Source: Burkholderiaceae bacterium (GTDB taxonomy: Bacteria > Pseudomonadota > Gammaproteobacteria > Burkholderiales > Burkholderiaceae_F). From it: 40,295 nucleotides of DNA. The stretch is from contig JBFINI010000001.1 of the NCBI GenBank assembly GCA_041611275.1, forward strand, positions 1 through 40,295. The letters run 5' to 3'. Position numbers and translations under genes: made by a program. The notes below the pieces were generated by a model. The model saw nothing but the letters and a program-made list of their open reading frames with translations, searched no databases and had not been told where the DNA came from. Position 1 is the first letter of the stretch, and each line of letters starts with the position of its first letter. Positions 30,460 to 39,082 of the stretch are shown here, in pieces.

Positions 30460-30948
30460 CTAGTAGGGCAGTTGTCGTGGCCGTCGCGACGAAATCAGGC
30501 GGGTGTTTACGCCGGCCCAGTTCAGGCCGCCGAATAGTCGCCCGTGCTCGATCTTCACGCAACGGTCCATGACCACGTCAAGGCCGGCCGCGCGGGCCGA
30601 GGCTGCCGCGGTGTCACTGCGAACGCCCAACTGCATCCACAGGCATTTTGCGCCGATGGCAATCGCTTCATCGGCGAGCGGCCCGAGCTCCTCGCTGCGG
30701 CGAAAACAATCAACCAGATCAATCGCGACGCCATCGCGCGATGCCGCCGTCACGCTCGGATAGCACTTGCGGCCGAGCACTTCGCCGTACTTCGGATTGA
30801 CCGGGATCATCGTGTAGCCATGTTCGAGCAGGTACTTGCCGACGAAATAGCTCGGCCGGTGCCATTCGGCAGAAATGCCCACCACGGCGACGCGCCGACA
30901 TAGGCTCAAGATTCGGCGCAGCGTTGGCACATCGGTGTCGTCGGCCAT
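30460..30948 (-). CDS. CoA-binding domain protein (YccU-like)
   Basis: ATG 30948 is preceded by GGGAGA. The Rossmann-like VAVVGIS motif is followed by VNPKY. Confidence 0.78.
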   Translation of the reverse strand: MADDTDVPTLRRILSLCRRVAVVGISAEWHRPSYFVGKYLLEHGYTMIPVNPKYGEVLGRKCYPSVTAASRDGVAIDLVDCFRRSEELGPLADEAIAIGAKCLWMQLGVRSDTAAASARAAGLDVVMDRCVKIEHGRLFGGLNWAGVNTRLISSRRPRQLPY

Positions 30949-30969
30949 CAACGTTCTCCCTGCAGAACA

Positions 30970-31842
30970 TTATGCAATCGCCCAGCGCTCACGCCACAGG
31001 TCGACTGCGCGGCGAAGAAAGGTGGCGATGTCTTCAGCGCCGAGCGCGGCGAACCCGAGGTGTTGCCAGACGCGCTCGATTTCGCCGCGCGCGTCGTCGA
31101 GATCGAGGGCTGCGGCGCCGGTCTGCTTTGAAAGCTTCTCGCCGCGCGGGTTCTTGACGACTGGCACATGCAGATAGCGCGGTGTCGGCAGCGACAGCGT
31201 CCGTTGCAGCCAGATCTGCCGCGGTGTGTTGTCCAGCAGATCGGCGCCGCGCACGACATCGGTGATGCCCTGCTCGGCATCGTCGACGACAACGGCGAGT
31301 TGATACGCCCACAGTCCATCGGCGCGACGGACGACGAAATCGCCGACCTGGGCGGACAGGCGTTGCCCATATCGGCCACAGACCCGGTCTTCAAAACTAA
31401 CGACTTCGTCGGGCACTCGTGCACGTAGCGCCCGGACGGGGCGGACGCCGGTGCCGTTGCGGCAGGTTCCGGGGTACACCTCGGCCGGTAACCCCAGCCG
31501 CTGTTGCGCCAATGCAACGTCTGATCGGGAGCAAGCGCAGCCATAGGCCTGATTGGCGCTCTGCAACTGCCCTAGTGCAGCCTGATACAAGTCGCTGCGT
31601 TCGCTCTGGAAAACGGGCGGCTCGTCGCTGACCAGCCCAAAAGCAGCCAGCGAATCGAGCATTTGCTGTGCCGCGCCAGGAACCTCACGCGGCGGGTCAA
31701 GATCTTCGATGCGGACCAGCCAAACGCCACCGTGGGCGCGAGCGTCAAGCCAGCTTGCGAGCGCAGCCGCGAGCGAGCCGGCGTGTAGGGGTCCGGTCGG
31801 CGAGGGCGCGAACCGGCCACGGTACGTAGCTACACCATTCAT
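30970..31842 (-). CDS. gluQ: tRNA glutamyl-Q(34) synthetase (GluRS paralogue without anticodon-binding domain)
   Basis: The 290-aa product has RFAPSPTGPLHAGSL (HIGH-like) and GEKLSKQ (KMSKS-like). Its length fits the truncated GluQRS. Confidence 0.9.
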   Translation of the reverse strand: MNGVATYRGRFAPSPTGPLHAGSLAAALASWLDARAHGGVWLVRIEDLDPPREVPGAAQQMLDSLAAFGLVSDEPPVFQSERSDLYQAALGQLQSANQAYGCACSRSDVALAQQRLGLPAEVYPGTCRNGTGVRPVRALRARVPDEVVSFEDRVCGRYGQRLSAQVGDFVVRRADGLWAYQLAVVVDDAEQGITDVVRGADLLDNTPRQIWLQRTLSLPTPRYLHVPVVKNPRGEKLSKQTGAAALDLDDARGEIERVWQHLGFAALGAEDIATFLRRAVDLWRERWAIA

Positions 31843-31921
31843 CCGTTCGTTGGCCGCAAGTGACCGTCAATCCGGAGAAAATACCTCGTCTTTAGTACCG
31901 TAATCGCGCCATCCCTTCACC

Positions 31922-34246
31922 GTGAGCGGCGACCAGGTCCAAGTTGCGTCCCAACTGGTTCGGCTGTCGATGCAGCTGGGCCGCTACACGTGGGTTGCCA
32001 ACGTGCTGCTGGCAGTGCTTTTTGCGCTGGTCTGGTGGCGCGAGGTCCGCTCTCCGGAAGCGTTCTATTGGTGCGGTGTGGTCGGCGTGTTGTTGCTGGC
32101 ACGCGGCGTGCTGTGTTGGCATGCGCTCAATCGGGGCCGCGGCCGTGAGCGCGCCGCCGAACTGATCTATACCGGTTTTGCGGCCGCCGAAGGCATCGCC
32201 TGGGCAGCGGCGCTGTTGCTGTTCGGCGTCGCCGAGCCTTTCGGTTTCCTGACGCAGTTCATGCTGACGCTCATCGTGGCCATCAGCATGCTGCTGCCCT
32301 TCGGATCGGTGCCGCGGGTCTGGCTGGCCGGCGTACTTCCCCTGGCCGCAGGCCAGGTCTTCGTGCTGCTGATCACGCCGGTGCCCAATGGCGATGTCGT
32401 GTTGCTGGTCTGGGTCGCCGTTCTCGGGTTGGCCGGATACGCGTGCGCCAAGCTGCATGGCGGTGTCACCGAAACCATGCAGTTGCAGATCGACAGTGAC
32501 CACGCCGCAAAGGCGCAGGGGCAGGTGCTGGCCGACCTGAACGACAGCCGCGAACAACTGCGGCTGGCACTCGATGCGATCGACGCCGGCGTCTCCGACA
32601 CCAACGTCATCACTGGCGAGCGCTTCTTCTCCGTTCGTTACACCGAGATCCTCGGCTTTACGGATCGCGCAGCGTTTGTCCGCGAGTACCGCTTCTCCGA
32701 CTCGCTGCACCCGGAGGATCGTGATCGCGTGCTGACGGCGCGACGGGCGCACCTTGAGAAAGGGGCGCCGTTCAGTCGCGAGTTCCGCGTCCGTACCGCG
32801 CAAGGCGAGTACATCTGGGTGCAGGCGCGCGGCGAATCGCTGCGTGATGCCAAGGGCCGAGCCGTTCGCTTCGTGATGTCGATCGTCGACATCACCAAGC
32901 GACGCGAAGCCGAGGCCCGTCTGATCGCCAGCGAACGCCGCTACCGCGCTCTGGTCGACGCCACGCCATCGCTGATCTGGACCTGCGACCGCGCCGGCAA
33001 GATCACGCTGGTTTCCGGCCGCGCCTGCCGCCTGATCTACGGCTACGAGCCGCGCGAAGTGCTGGGTCAGCACGTGACAGCGTTCAATGCGCCGGAATTC
33101 TCGCAGCGACTGTTCCTGCGCCGGTTCATGCCGGTGTTCCGCGGCAAGGCGGTCTTCGACGTCGAAGTGATCCATCAGACTCGCGACGGCGAGGTCCGTT
33201 ACGTCAGCATCAGCGCGGTGCCCGCGTTCGACGGCCAGGGCGAATTGGAATCGGTGCTGGGCGTGTGCACCGACGTCACGGCGCAGAAACGCCGTGAACG
33301 CGAACTCGGCGTGGCCTTACGTAATCAGCAGGTTATCTTCGACGCCGCCGGGGAAGGCATCGCATTCGTCCGTTCAGGGCGGATCGAGAATGCCAACGGC
33401 GCATTGGCCCAAATGCTCAGCGTATCGCGTTCCTGGTTGATCGGCCGCCCGGTGGCCGATCTGCTCGCCGAGACGGCGGACTGGAGCAAGATTCTCGAGA
33501 TCACGCGGGCCGCGGCGTTGCGCGGCGAATCGGCCAACCATGAAGCCATGCTGCGGACGCCTGATTCGGGCACCCGAAGCGTCTGGTCGCAGCTGACCGC
33601 CAGCCTGGTCGGCAACGAGGACGAATCGGAAGCGATGATCCTGGTGCTAACCGACATCACGCCGTTGAAACAGCGCGAGGAGCTGGCCTGGCATCAGGCC
33701 AACCATGACGAGCTCACCGGTCTGCCGAATCGGCGCCTGCTGGTCGAGAATGCGCGGCGGCTGTTGTCGGTCGCGATGCGGCGCGACCGACTGGCAGCGT
33801 TGATGGTGCTCGACCTCGATGGTTTCAAGGAAGTGAACGATGCTTTCGGACATGCCTATGGCGACGCGATGCTGCGCCGGGTGTCGATGCGCATGTCGAT
33901 GGCGCTGCGCGAGTACGATCTGATCGCCCGCGTCGGCGGCGACGAGTTCGTCATCGTGCTGCCGGAGATTGACGATCTGGAGGCGGCCCGCGCGGTGGCT
34001 GACAAGCTGATCGCCGCCGCTGGCGAAGACATCGAGACCGGACAGCGCCTGACGCATACAGGCGCCAGCATTGGCATCGCGGTTTTCCCGACCGACGGCC
34101 AGGACTTCGACTCGCTGCTGCGCTGCGCCGACACCGCGATGTATCGCTCGAAGCAGGCCGGCAAGAATCGCTACACGTTCGCTTCGTCGGTGCCACCGAG
34201 CGACGAACTCACGTCAGCAGCACCGCCTGAACTGCGGCCGCATTAA
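31922..34246 (+). CDS. Membrane-anchored sensor diguanylate cyclase (multi-TM N-terminus, three PAS/PAC modules, GGDEF)
   Basis: There are about 5-6 hydrophobic helices in the first ~190 aa. Three PAS-like repeats each end in an xxDIT/DVTxxK(R)RE PAC signature. The GGDEF active site (RVGGDEF) is intact, with an RxxD I-site (REYD) five residues upstream. No EAL or HD-GYP domain is present. The start (GTG 31922 or ATG 31970) is uncertain. Confidence 0.87.
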   Translation: MSGDQVQVASQLVRLSMQLGRYTWVANVLLAVLFALVWWREVRSPEAFYWCGVVGVLLLARGVLCWHALNRGRGRERAAELIYTGFAAAEGIAWAAALLLFGVAEPFGFLTQFMLTLIVAISMLLPFGSVPRVWLAGVLPLAAGQVFVLLITPVPNGDVVLLVWVAVLGLAGYACAKLHGGVTETMQLQIDSDHAAKAQGQVLADLNDSREQLRLALDAIDAGVSDTNVITGERFFSVRYTEILGFTDRAAFVREYRFSDSLHPEDRDRVLTARRAHLEKGAPFSREFRVRTAQGEYIWVQARGESLRDAKGRAVRFVMSIVDITKRREAEARLIASERRYRALVDATPSLIWTCDRAGKITLVSGRACRLIYGYEPREVLGQHVTAFNAPEFSQRLFLRRFMPVFRGKAVFDVEVIHQTRDGEVRYVSISAVPAFDGQGELESVLGVCTDVTAQKRRERELGVALRNQQVIFDAAGEGIAFVRSGRIENANGALAQMLSVSRSWLIGRPVADLLAETADWSKILEITRAAALRGESANHEAMLRTPDSGTRSVWSQLTASLVGNEDESEAMILVLTDITPLKQREELAWHQANHDELTGLPNRRLLVENARRLLSVAMRRDRLAALMVLDLDGFKEVNDAFGHAYGDAMLRRVSMRMSMALREYDLIARVGGDEFVIVLPEIDDLEAARAVADKLIAAAGEDIETGQRLTHTGASIGIAVFPTDGQDFDSLLRCADTAMYRSKQAGKNRYTFASSVPPSDELTSAAPPELRPH

Positions 34247-34249
34247 GAC

Positions 34250-34465
34250 GGGCTATCCACCAGCGCAGCGCCTTGCCGCGGGTGTCGGTGCGTAAGGCGG
34301 CGTAGACCGGCGTCGAATCACCCTGTTCTCGACCGCCCTCGGTGCGCTTGGCAATCAGTTCGTCACGGGCGCGCGGGCGAGTTCGTCGGCGGCTCCGGCG
34401 AAACTGCCGCGACGGGCAATCGCATCGACCAGCGCCAGCGCATCCAGGGTCAGCGCGGAGCCCAC
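34250..34465 (-). pseudogene. Remnant of a LysR-type transcriptional regulator (N-terminal HTH only, truncated and stop-interrupted)
   Basis: From GTG 34465 the minus-strand frame reads GSALTLDALALVDAIARRGSFAGAADELARAPVTN, then TGA (34355-34357). This matches the LysR wHTH pattern (L..L..F..VA..GSF..AA..L). No frame continues as a recognisable LTTR. Only about 215 nt remain before the neighbouring gene. Confidence 0.4.
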
Positions 34466-34472
34466 CGCGATG

Positions 34473-34487
34473 TTCAGATGAATTGAA
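34473..34487. promoter_or_regulatory. Possible LTTR box (T-N11-A dyad) in the pirin promoter region
   Basis: A TTCA-N7-TGAA inverted repeat lies in the AT-richest part of the pirin upstream region, immediately upstream of the LysR stub. Confidence 0.3.
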
Positions 34488-34613
34488 TGCGTTATTCGAA
34501 GTTTGAGCGATGTGTGGGGCTGGAAGTTGGGTCACCATTGCAGTTATTCGTGAACGACTCGTTCTGGCCGCTTGTCCAATCGAGGCGAGTCCCCAAACCA
34601 CGCCGGAGGTCCG

Positions 34614-35324
34614 ATGATTGCTCTGCGCAAGGGTACCGACCGCGGCTATGTTGATCACGGCTGGCTGCAGTCTTTCCACAGTTTCTCGTTTGCTGATTAC
34701 CACGACCCCGCGCACATGGGCTTCGGTCCACTGCGCGTAATCAATGAGGATCGTGTTTCGCCCGGCAGCGGCTTCGGCACCCATGGCCACCGGGACATGG
34801 AGATCATCAGCTACGTGCTCGACGGCGAACTCGCGCATCGCGACAGCATGGGCAACGGCTCGGTGATACGGCCCGGCGACGTGCAGCGGATGAGCGCCGG
34901 CAGCGGCGTGCGCCATTCCGAGTACAACCATGCGAAGGACAAGACGACGCATTTCCTGCAGATCTGGATCGAGCCGAACGTCATGGGCATCGCGCCAAGC
35001 TACGAGGAACAACGCTTCACCGACGCCGAAAAACAGGACCGGCTGCGCCTGATCGCCTCGCCGAACGGCGCCGACGGCTCCGTGCGCATCCATCGGGCCG
35101 CCCGGCTGTACGTGGCCCAGCTTTCGGCCGGGCAACTGCTGTCGCATCGGCTGCCTGCCGGTCGCCTCGGCTACCTGCATCTGGTCCGCGGCGCGCTGAC
35201 CGTCAACGGCGAGCAGCTTGGCACGGGCGATGCGGTCAGGATCCGCGACGAGCCCGCGCTGTCGATCCGCGCAGCCGAGGCCTCCGAACTGCTGCTGTTC
35301 GACTTGCCGCCCGAACCTTCCTAG
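34614..35324 (+). CDS. Pirin family bicupin protein
   Basis: ATG 34614 is preceded by GGAGG. The metal-binding cupin motif is HGHRDMEIISYVLDGELAHRDS, and there is a further block GVRHSEYN. Confidence 0.9.
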   Translation: MIALRKGTDRGYVDHGWLQSFHSFSFADYHDPAHMGFGPLRVINEDRVSPGSGFGTHGHRDMEIISYVLDGELAHRDSMGNGSVIRPGDVQRMSAGSGVRHSEYNHAKDKTTHFLQIWIEPNVMGIAPSYEEQRFTDAEKQDRLRLIASPNGADGSVRIHRAARLYVAQLSAGQLLSHRLPAGRLGYLHLVRGALTVNGEQLGTGDAVRIRDEPALSIRAAEASELLLFDLPPEPS

Positions 35325-35600
35325 GTATTCGGGCCGCTGTCGGTCCGGCCGCGGCGGCTTGCAGGACCTTGCGCAAGCACAATCCGTGAATACAAGCGCC
35401 ACACTTGTCGTCGCCGTGGCCGACCTCACGCTGCTGGTTAACGATCGACTGAACCCGGCCGGCCGCGCAGCAACAGATGCCGCAGCTGCTCCTCATCAAC
35501 CAATTCGCTGGCGCCGGCGCCCTTCGCACCGTGGTCGTTCTTGGCGCGGGAGCCCCCAACCTCGTTGCGCGACGCCGCAGCTGAATTTGCTGCCCGTGGC

Positions 35601-36260
35601 TCAGCCGAGTCGATCGCGCAGGAAACCGGCGATGACCTCAATCTCCTCTGTGCAGACCGCATGCTGCATCGGGTATTCGTGCCAGCTGACCGCATAGTCA
35701 AGCGACGTCAGCAGCTCGCGTGATTGAATGGCGCGCGCGCACGGCACCACCGGATCTTCCGTGCCGTGCGCCATCAGAATCGGTACGCTGGCACTGCCGC
35801 TGAGTCTTTCGTCGGCGAATTTGTCGGCCAGAGGCAAATATCCGGACAGCGCAATCAATCCGGCGAGCGGATCGGCCTGTCGCAGCCCGGTCTGCAACGC
35901 GATCGCCGCGCCCTGCGAGAAGCCAGCCAGGACGATACGACTGCGCATGGTGCCGCGTTCGATCTCCCGGATGATCAACTGCTCGACGGCGGTCTGCGAG
36001 GCGCGGATGCCGCTTTCATCTTCGCGGTGGCCAAGATCCGCCGTGCGAATGTCGTACCACGCGCGCATGACGAAGCCATTGTTGATCGTCACCGGCATCA
36101 TCGGCGCATGAGGGAACACATAGTGCACCGCCGGCGCGCCGAGCGACTCGAGTTCCTTGACCACCGGAACGAAGTCGTAGCCGTCGGCGCCGAGCCCGTG
36201 CAGCCAGATCACCGTGCCGGCGGGGGTCCTTCCAGTTGAGACTTCGACACACTCAAGCAA
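35601..36260 (-). CDS. Carboxylesterase / phospholipase family alpha/beta hydrolase
   Basis: Motifs are WLHGLGADG, nucleophile elbow GFSQGA and HGTEDPVV. The probable TTG start at 36260 lies 6 nt after AGGGAG. The track start at 36281 is also TTG. Confidence 0.85.
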   Translation of the reverse strand: MLECVEVSTGRTPAGTVIWLHGLGADGYDFVPVVKELESLGAPAVHYVFPHAPMMPVTINNGFVMRAWYDIRTADLGHREDESGIRASQTAVEQLIIREIERGTMRSRIVLAGFSQGAAIALQTGLRQADPLAGLIALSGYLPLADKFADERLSGSASVPILMAHGTEDPVVPCARAIQSRELLTSLDYAVSWHEYPMQHAVCTEEIEVIAGFLRDRLG

Positions 36261-36358
36261 GACGATCTCCCTAGGCGGCAATCATCAGCGGGCCTCGATC
36301 GGCTGCGGTCCCATGCCAACACGTAGGCTGATCACGGCTGCGGAAAGCGAGGCACTCG

Positions 36359-36973
36359 CTATCTTGTCCGCTGCGCCGACTTCGGCCGGAAGCCCTTGAT
36401 AACTGACTCGTTCGTTTCGATGTATGGCCCACCGATCAGATCGATGCAGTAGGGCACGGCGGCAAAGATGCCTGCCACGATCGTTCGGCCATCGGCATCC
36501 TTCAGCCCCGCCAGCGTTTCGGCAATCGCCTTCGGCTGGCCCGGCAGGTTGATGATCAACGCTGCCTGGCCGGAGATTTCACGCAGCACGGCAATCTGCC
36601 GCGACAAAATGGCGGTGGGCACGAACTCGAGCGAAATCCGCCGCATCTGCTCGCCGAAGCCCGGCATCTCGCGTGTGGCCACCGCTCGCGTCGCCTCGGG
36701 CGTCACGTCGCGCCGCGCCGGTCCGGTGCCGCCGGTGGTCAGCACGAGGTCGCAGCCAACGACGTCAACGAGCTCGACCAGCGTCGCTTCGATGACGGCG
36801 CATTCGTCGGCAATCAGACGCTCGTGCGCCTGCCACGGCGAGGCCATGGCCGTGGTCAGCCAGTCGCGCAGGCCCGGCAGGCCTTTGTCCTCATAGACGC
36901 CGCGCGCCGCGCGATCGGAAACCGATACCAGGCCCACGATCAGTTCGTCGGCATGTGCTCGCCGTGCCTTCAC
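36359..36973 (-). CDS. mog: Molybdopterin adenylyltransferase MogA
   Basis: The product has close blockwise resemblance to E. coli MogA. Shared blocks are GLVSVSDRAARGVYEDKG, LVLTTGGTGPARRDVTPEAT, REMPGFGEQMR, NLPGQPK and FRPKSA. The GTG start overlaps the yjgA stop (GTGA). Confidence 0.92.
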   Translation of the reverse strand: MKARRAHADELIVGLVSVSDRAARGVYEDKGLPGLRDWLTTAMASPWQAHERLIADECAVIEATLVELVDVVGCDLVLTTGGTGPARRDVTPEATRAVATREMPGFGEQMRRISLEFVPTAILSRQIAVLREISGQAALIINLPGQPKAIAETLAGLKDADGRTIVAGIFAAVPYCIDLIGGPYIETNESVIKGFRPKSAQRTR

Positions 36974-37524
36974 CTGGCCTCCATCGCTTGGGTCAGTTGC
37001 TCGTGCAGCCAGCGATACAACTGTCGAGTCTGTTTCGGCGGCCGGCCTTCGTCGCGTTCGCGGCGCGCCGCGCGGATCGCCGCGCGCAGTTCCTGCACGT
37101 CGGCCCGCGGCAGTTCCGCCAGCACCTCGGTCAAGGCGTCATCATCATCGAGCAGGCGGTCACGCAAACGTTCGCAGCGGTGCATCAGGGCCACCGCCTG
37201 CTTGGATTCGCCGGTGGCATTGTCGATTGCCGCGCGCAGCGGTTCCGCGTCCAGCTGGCGCATCAACCGGCCGATGTACTGCAGCTGCCGGCGCCGCGCT
37301 TCGTGCGACCTGATGCGCTCGGTCTCGGCAATCGCCTGCCGCAGCGCTTCAGGCATATCAATGCGCGCCAGTGTTGCCGCCGGCAGCTGCAGCAGCGACT
37401 GGCCGAGCGTCTGCAGCGCCGCCATGTCACGCTTGCGCTGCGATTTGCTTGGCCTGGACTCGCCGTCGTCGTTTGGCATCACTTGATCGGCGTCCGGCAG
37501 GTGGTTGGCGAGGGGACGGCTCAT
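36970..37524 (-). CDS. yjgA: Ribosome-associated protein YjgA (DUF615/DarP)
   Basis: Motifs are SKSQRKRDMAALQ and RRRQLQYIGRLMR. It is divergent from pmbA exactly as in E. coli. Confidence 0.87.
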   Translation of the reverse strand: MSRPLANHLPDADQVMPNDDGESRPSKSQRKRDMAALQTLGQSLLQLPAATLARIDMPEALRQAIAETERIRSHEARRRQLQYIGRLMRQLDAEPLRAAIDNATGESKQAVALMHRCERLRDRLLDDDDALTEVLAELPRADVQELRAAIRAARRERDEGRPPKQTRQLYRWLHEQLTQAMEAR

Positions 37525-37586
37525 CGCTGGCTATCATAACGACCCGCTGTCCGGCCCTTGCGCCGCACCAATAACCAGACGCATCG

Positions 37587-38936
37587 ATGACCACACTTTT
37601 CGCTTTGGCGGACGATCAATTGCGCAGCGCTGCCGAACAGGCGCTGGCCATCGCCCGCGAACTCGGCGCCAGCGATGCCGCCGCTGAAGTCAGCGAGTCA
37701 GTCGGCCTGTCGGTCAGCACACGCAAGGTGCAGGTCGAGACGATCGAGCACACGCGCGACAAGGGCCTGGGCATTACCGTTTATGTCGGCACGCGGCGGG
37801 GCAACGCCTCGACTTCTGACCTGGCGCCGGCCGCAGTCCGCCAGGCCGTCGAGGCCGCCTACAACATCGCCCGCTACACGGCAGAGGATCCGGCAGCCGG
37901 CCTGCCCGACGAAGACACGCTCGAACACGCCCCGCGCGACCTCGACCTGTTTCATCCGTGGGACCTTGAGGTCGAGCAGGCGATTGAGATCGCGCAGGCC
38001 GCCGAACGCGCAGCGTTCGATATCAGTCCAATGATCGTCAATTCCGAGGGCGCCAACGTCTACACGTCATCGGGACATTTCGTGCTCGCCAACACGCGCG
38101 GTTTCTGCGCTGGCTTTCCGTTTTCGCGTCATTCGCTGTCGGTCACACCGATTGCCCAGGATCGGCGCGGCATGCAGCGCGACGACTGGTACAGTGCATC
38201 GCGGCGGGCCAGGGAACTCGCTGCCCCGCAGGTGCTGGGCGAGTACGCAGCGCGGCGGGCGCTGGCGAGGCTGTCGGCGCGCAAACTGGGCACGCGCAAG
38301 GTGCCGGTGCTGTTCGAGGCGCCACTGGCCTGCGGCTTGCTTGGCAGTTTCGTGCAGGCGGCCAGCGGCGGTTCGCTGTATCGCAAGGCTTCGTTCCTCG
38401 TCGATGCACTCGATCAGCCGCTGTTTCCCGCGCACGTGTCGATCCGCGAAGATCCATATCTGCCACGAGGCATCAGCTCGGGCGCCTTCGATGAGGAGGG
38501 CGTGCGCGGCGAGCAACGCGATGTGGTCGCAGGCGGCGTGCTGCGCGGCTACTTCCTGTCGACCTACTCGGCGCGCAAGCTCGGCATGAAGAGCACCGGC
38601 AACGCCGGCGGCGCCTACAACCTGGAGCTGCGTTCGATGCTGACGCAGCCGGACGACGATTTCGAGGCCATGCTGCGCAAGCTCGGCACGGGACTGCTGG
38701 TCACCGAACTGATCGGCCACGGCATCAACTACGTCACGGGTGACTATTCGCGTGGCGCCAGCGGGTTCTGGGTCCAGGGCGGGCAGATCGCCTACCCGGT
38801 CGAGGAGATCACCATCGCCGGCAACCTGCGCGACATGTTCGGGCGAGTGGCCGCCGTCGGTGCTGACCGGCTGGTCCGTGGCGGGAAGACCTCGGGCTCG
38901 GTGCTGATTGATGGCATGACGGTCGGCGGACATTGA
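37587..38936 (+). CDS. pmbA: Metalloprotease PmbA (TldE)
   Basis: The 449-aa product belongs to the PmbA/TldD family. Blocks include SVSTRKVQVETIEHT, DEEGV and the C-terminal GYSRGASGFWVQGGQIAYPV. Confidence 0.92.
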   Translation: MTTLFALADDQLRSAAEQALAIARELGASDAAAEVSESVGLSVSTRKVQVETIEHTRDKGLGITVYVGTRRGNASTSDLAPAAVRQAVEAAYNIARYTAEDPAAGLPDEDTLEHAPRDLDLFHPWDLEVEQAIEIAQAAERAAFDISPMIVNSEGANVYTSSGHFVLANTRGFCAGFPFSRHSLSVTPIAQDRRGMQRDDWYSASRRARELAAPQVLGEYAARRALARLSARKLGTRKVPVLFEAPLACGLLGSFVQAASGGSLYRKASFLVDALDQPLFPAHVSIREDPYLPRGISSGAFDEEGVRGEQRDVVAGGVLRGYFLSTYSARKLGMKSTGNAGGAYNLELRSMLTQPDDDFEAMLRKLGTGLLVTELIGHGINYVTGDYSRGASGFWVQGGQIAYPVEEITIAGNLRDMFGRVAAVGADRLVRGGKTSGSVLIDGMTVGGH

Positions 38937-39082
38937 GGCTGCGGCCTTTAAGGGTTTACGTCCGTCCCGGAACCAACGTACGAGAGGGGGTTTCGCGTCT
39001 ACAATCGCCGCCCGCCAGCGGGATCGTCGAATCGAGTACCTTCTGTCCAGCGTCCGGCAACCTCACCAAGGAGACTTAAGCA

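Noticed and set aside
34209-35429. A 406-aa minus-strand ORF lies opposite the pirin gene.
   Set aside because: It is an antisense shadow of the clearly recognisable pirin CDS. Only its extreme 3' portion coincides with the LysR-like stub, and that in a different frame from the HTH motif.
35236-35559. A Cys-rich minus-strand ORF (…MRSSCGICCCAAGRVQSIVNQQREVGHGDDKCGACIHGLC…) lies in the 276-nt pirin/esterase spacer. It could be read as a small metal-binding or RiPP-like peptide.
   Set aside because: It has no SD and runs 90 nt into the antisense of pirin. Its Cys codons are TGC/TGT arising from a GC-rich palindromic region (for example GGCGCCGGCGCC at 35510-35521). There are no adjacent maturation genes. 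It is most likely non-coding spacer between convergent genes.
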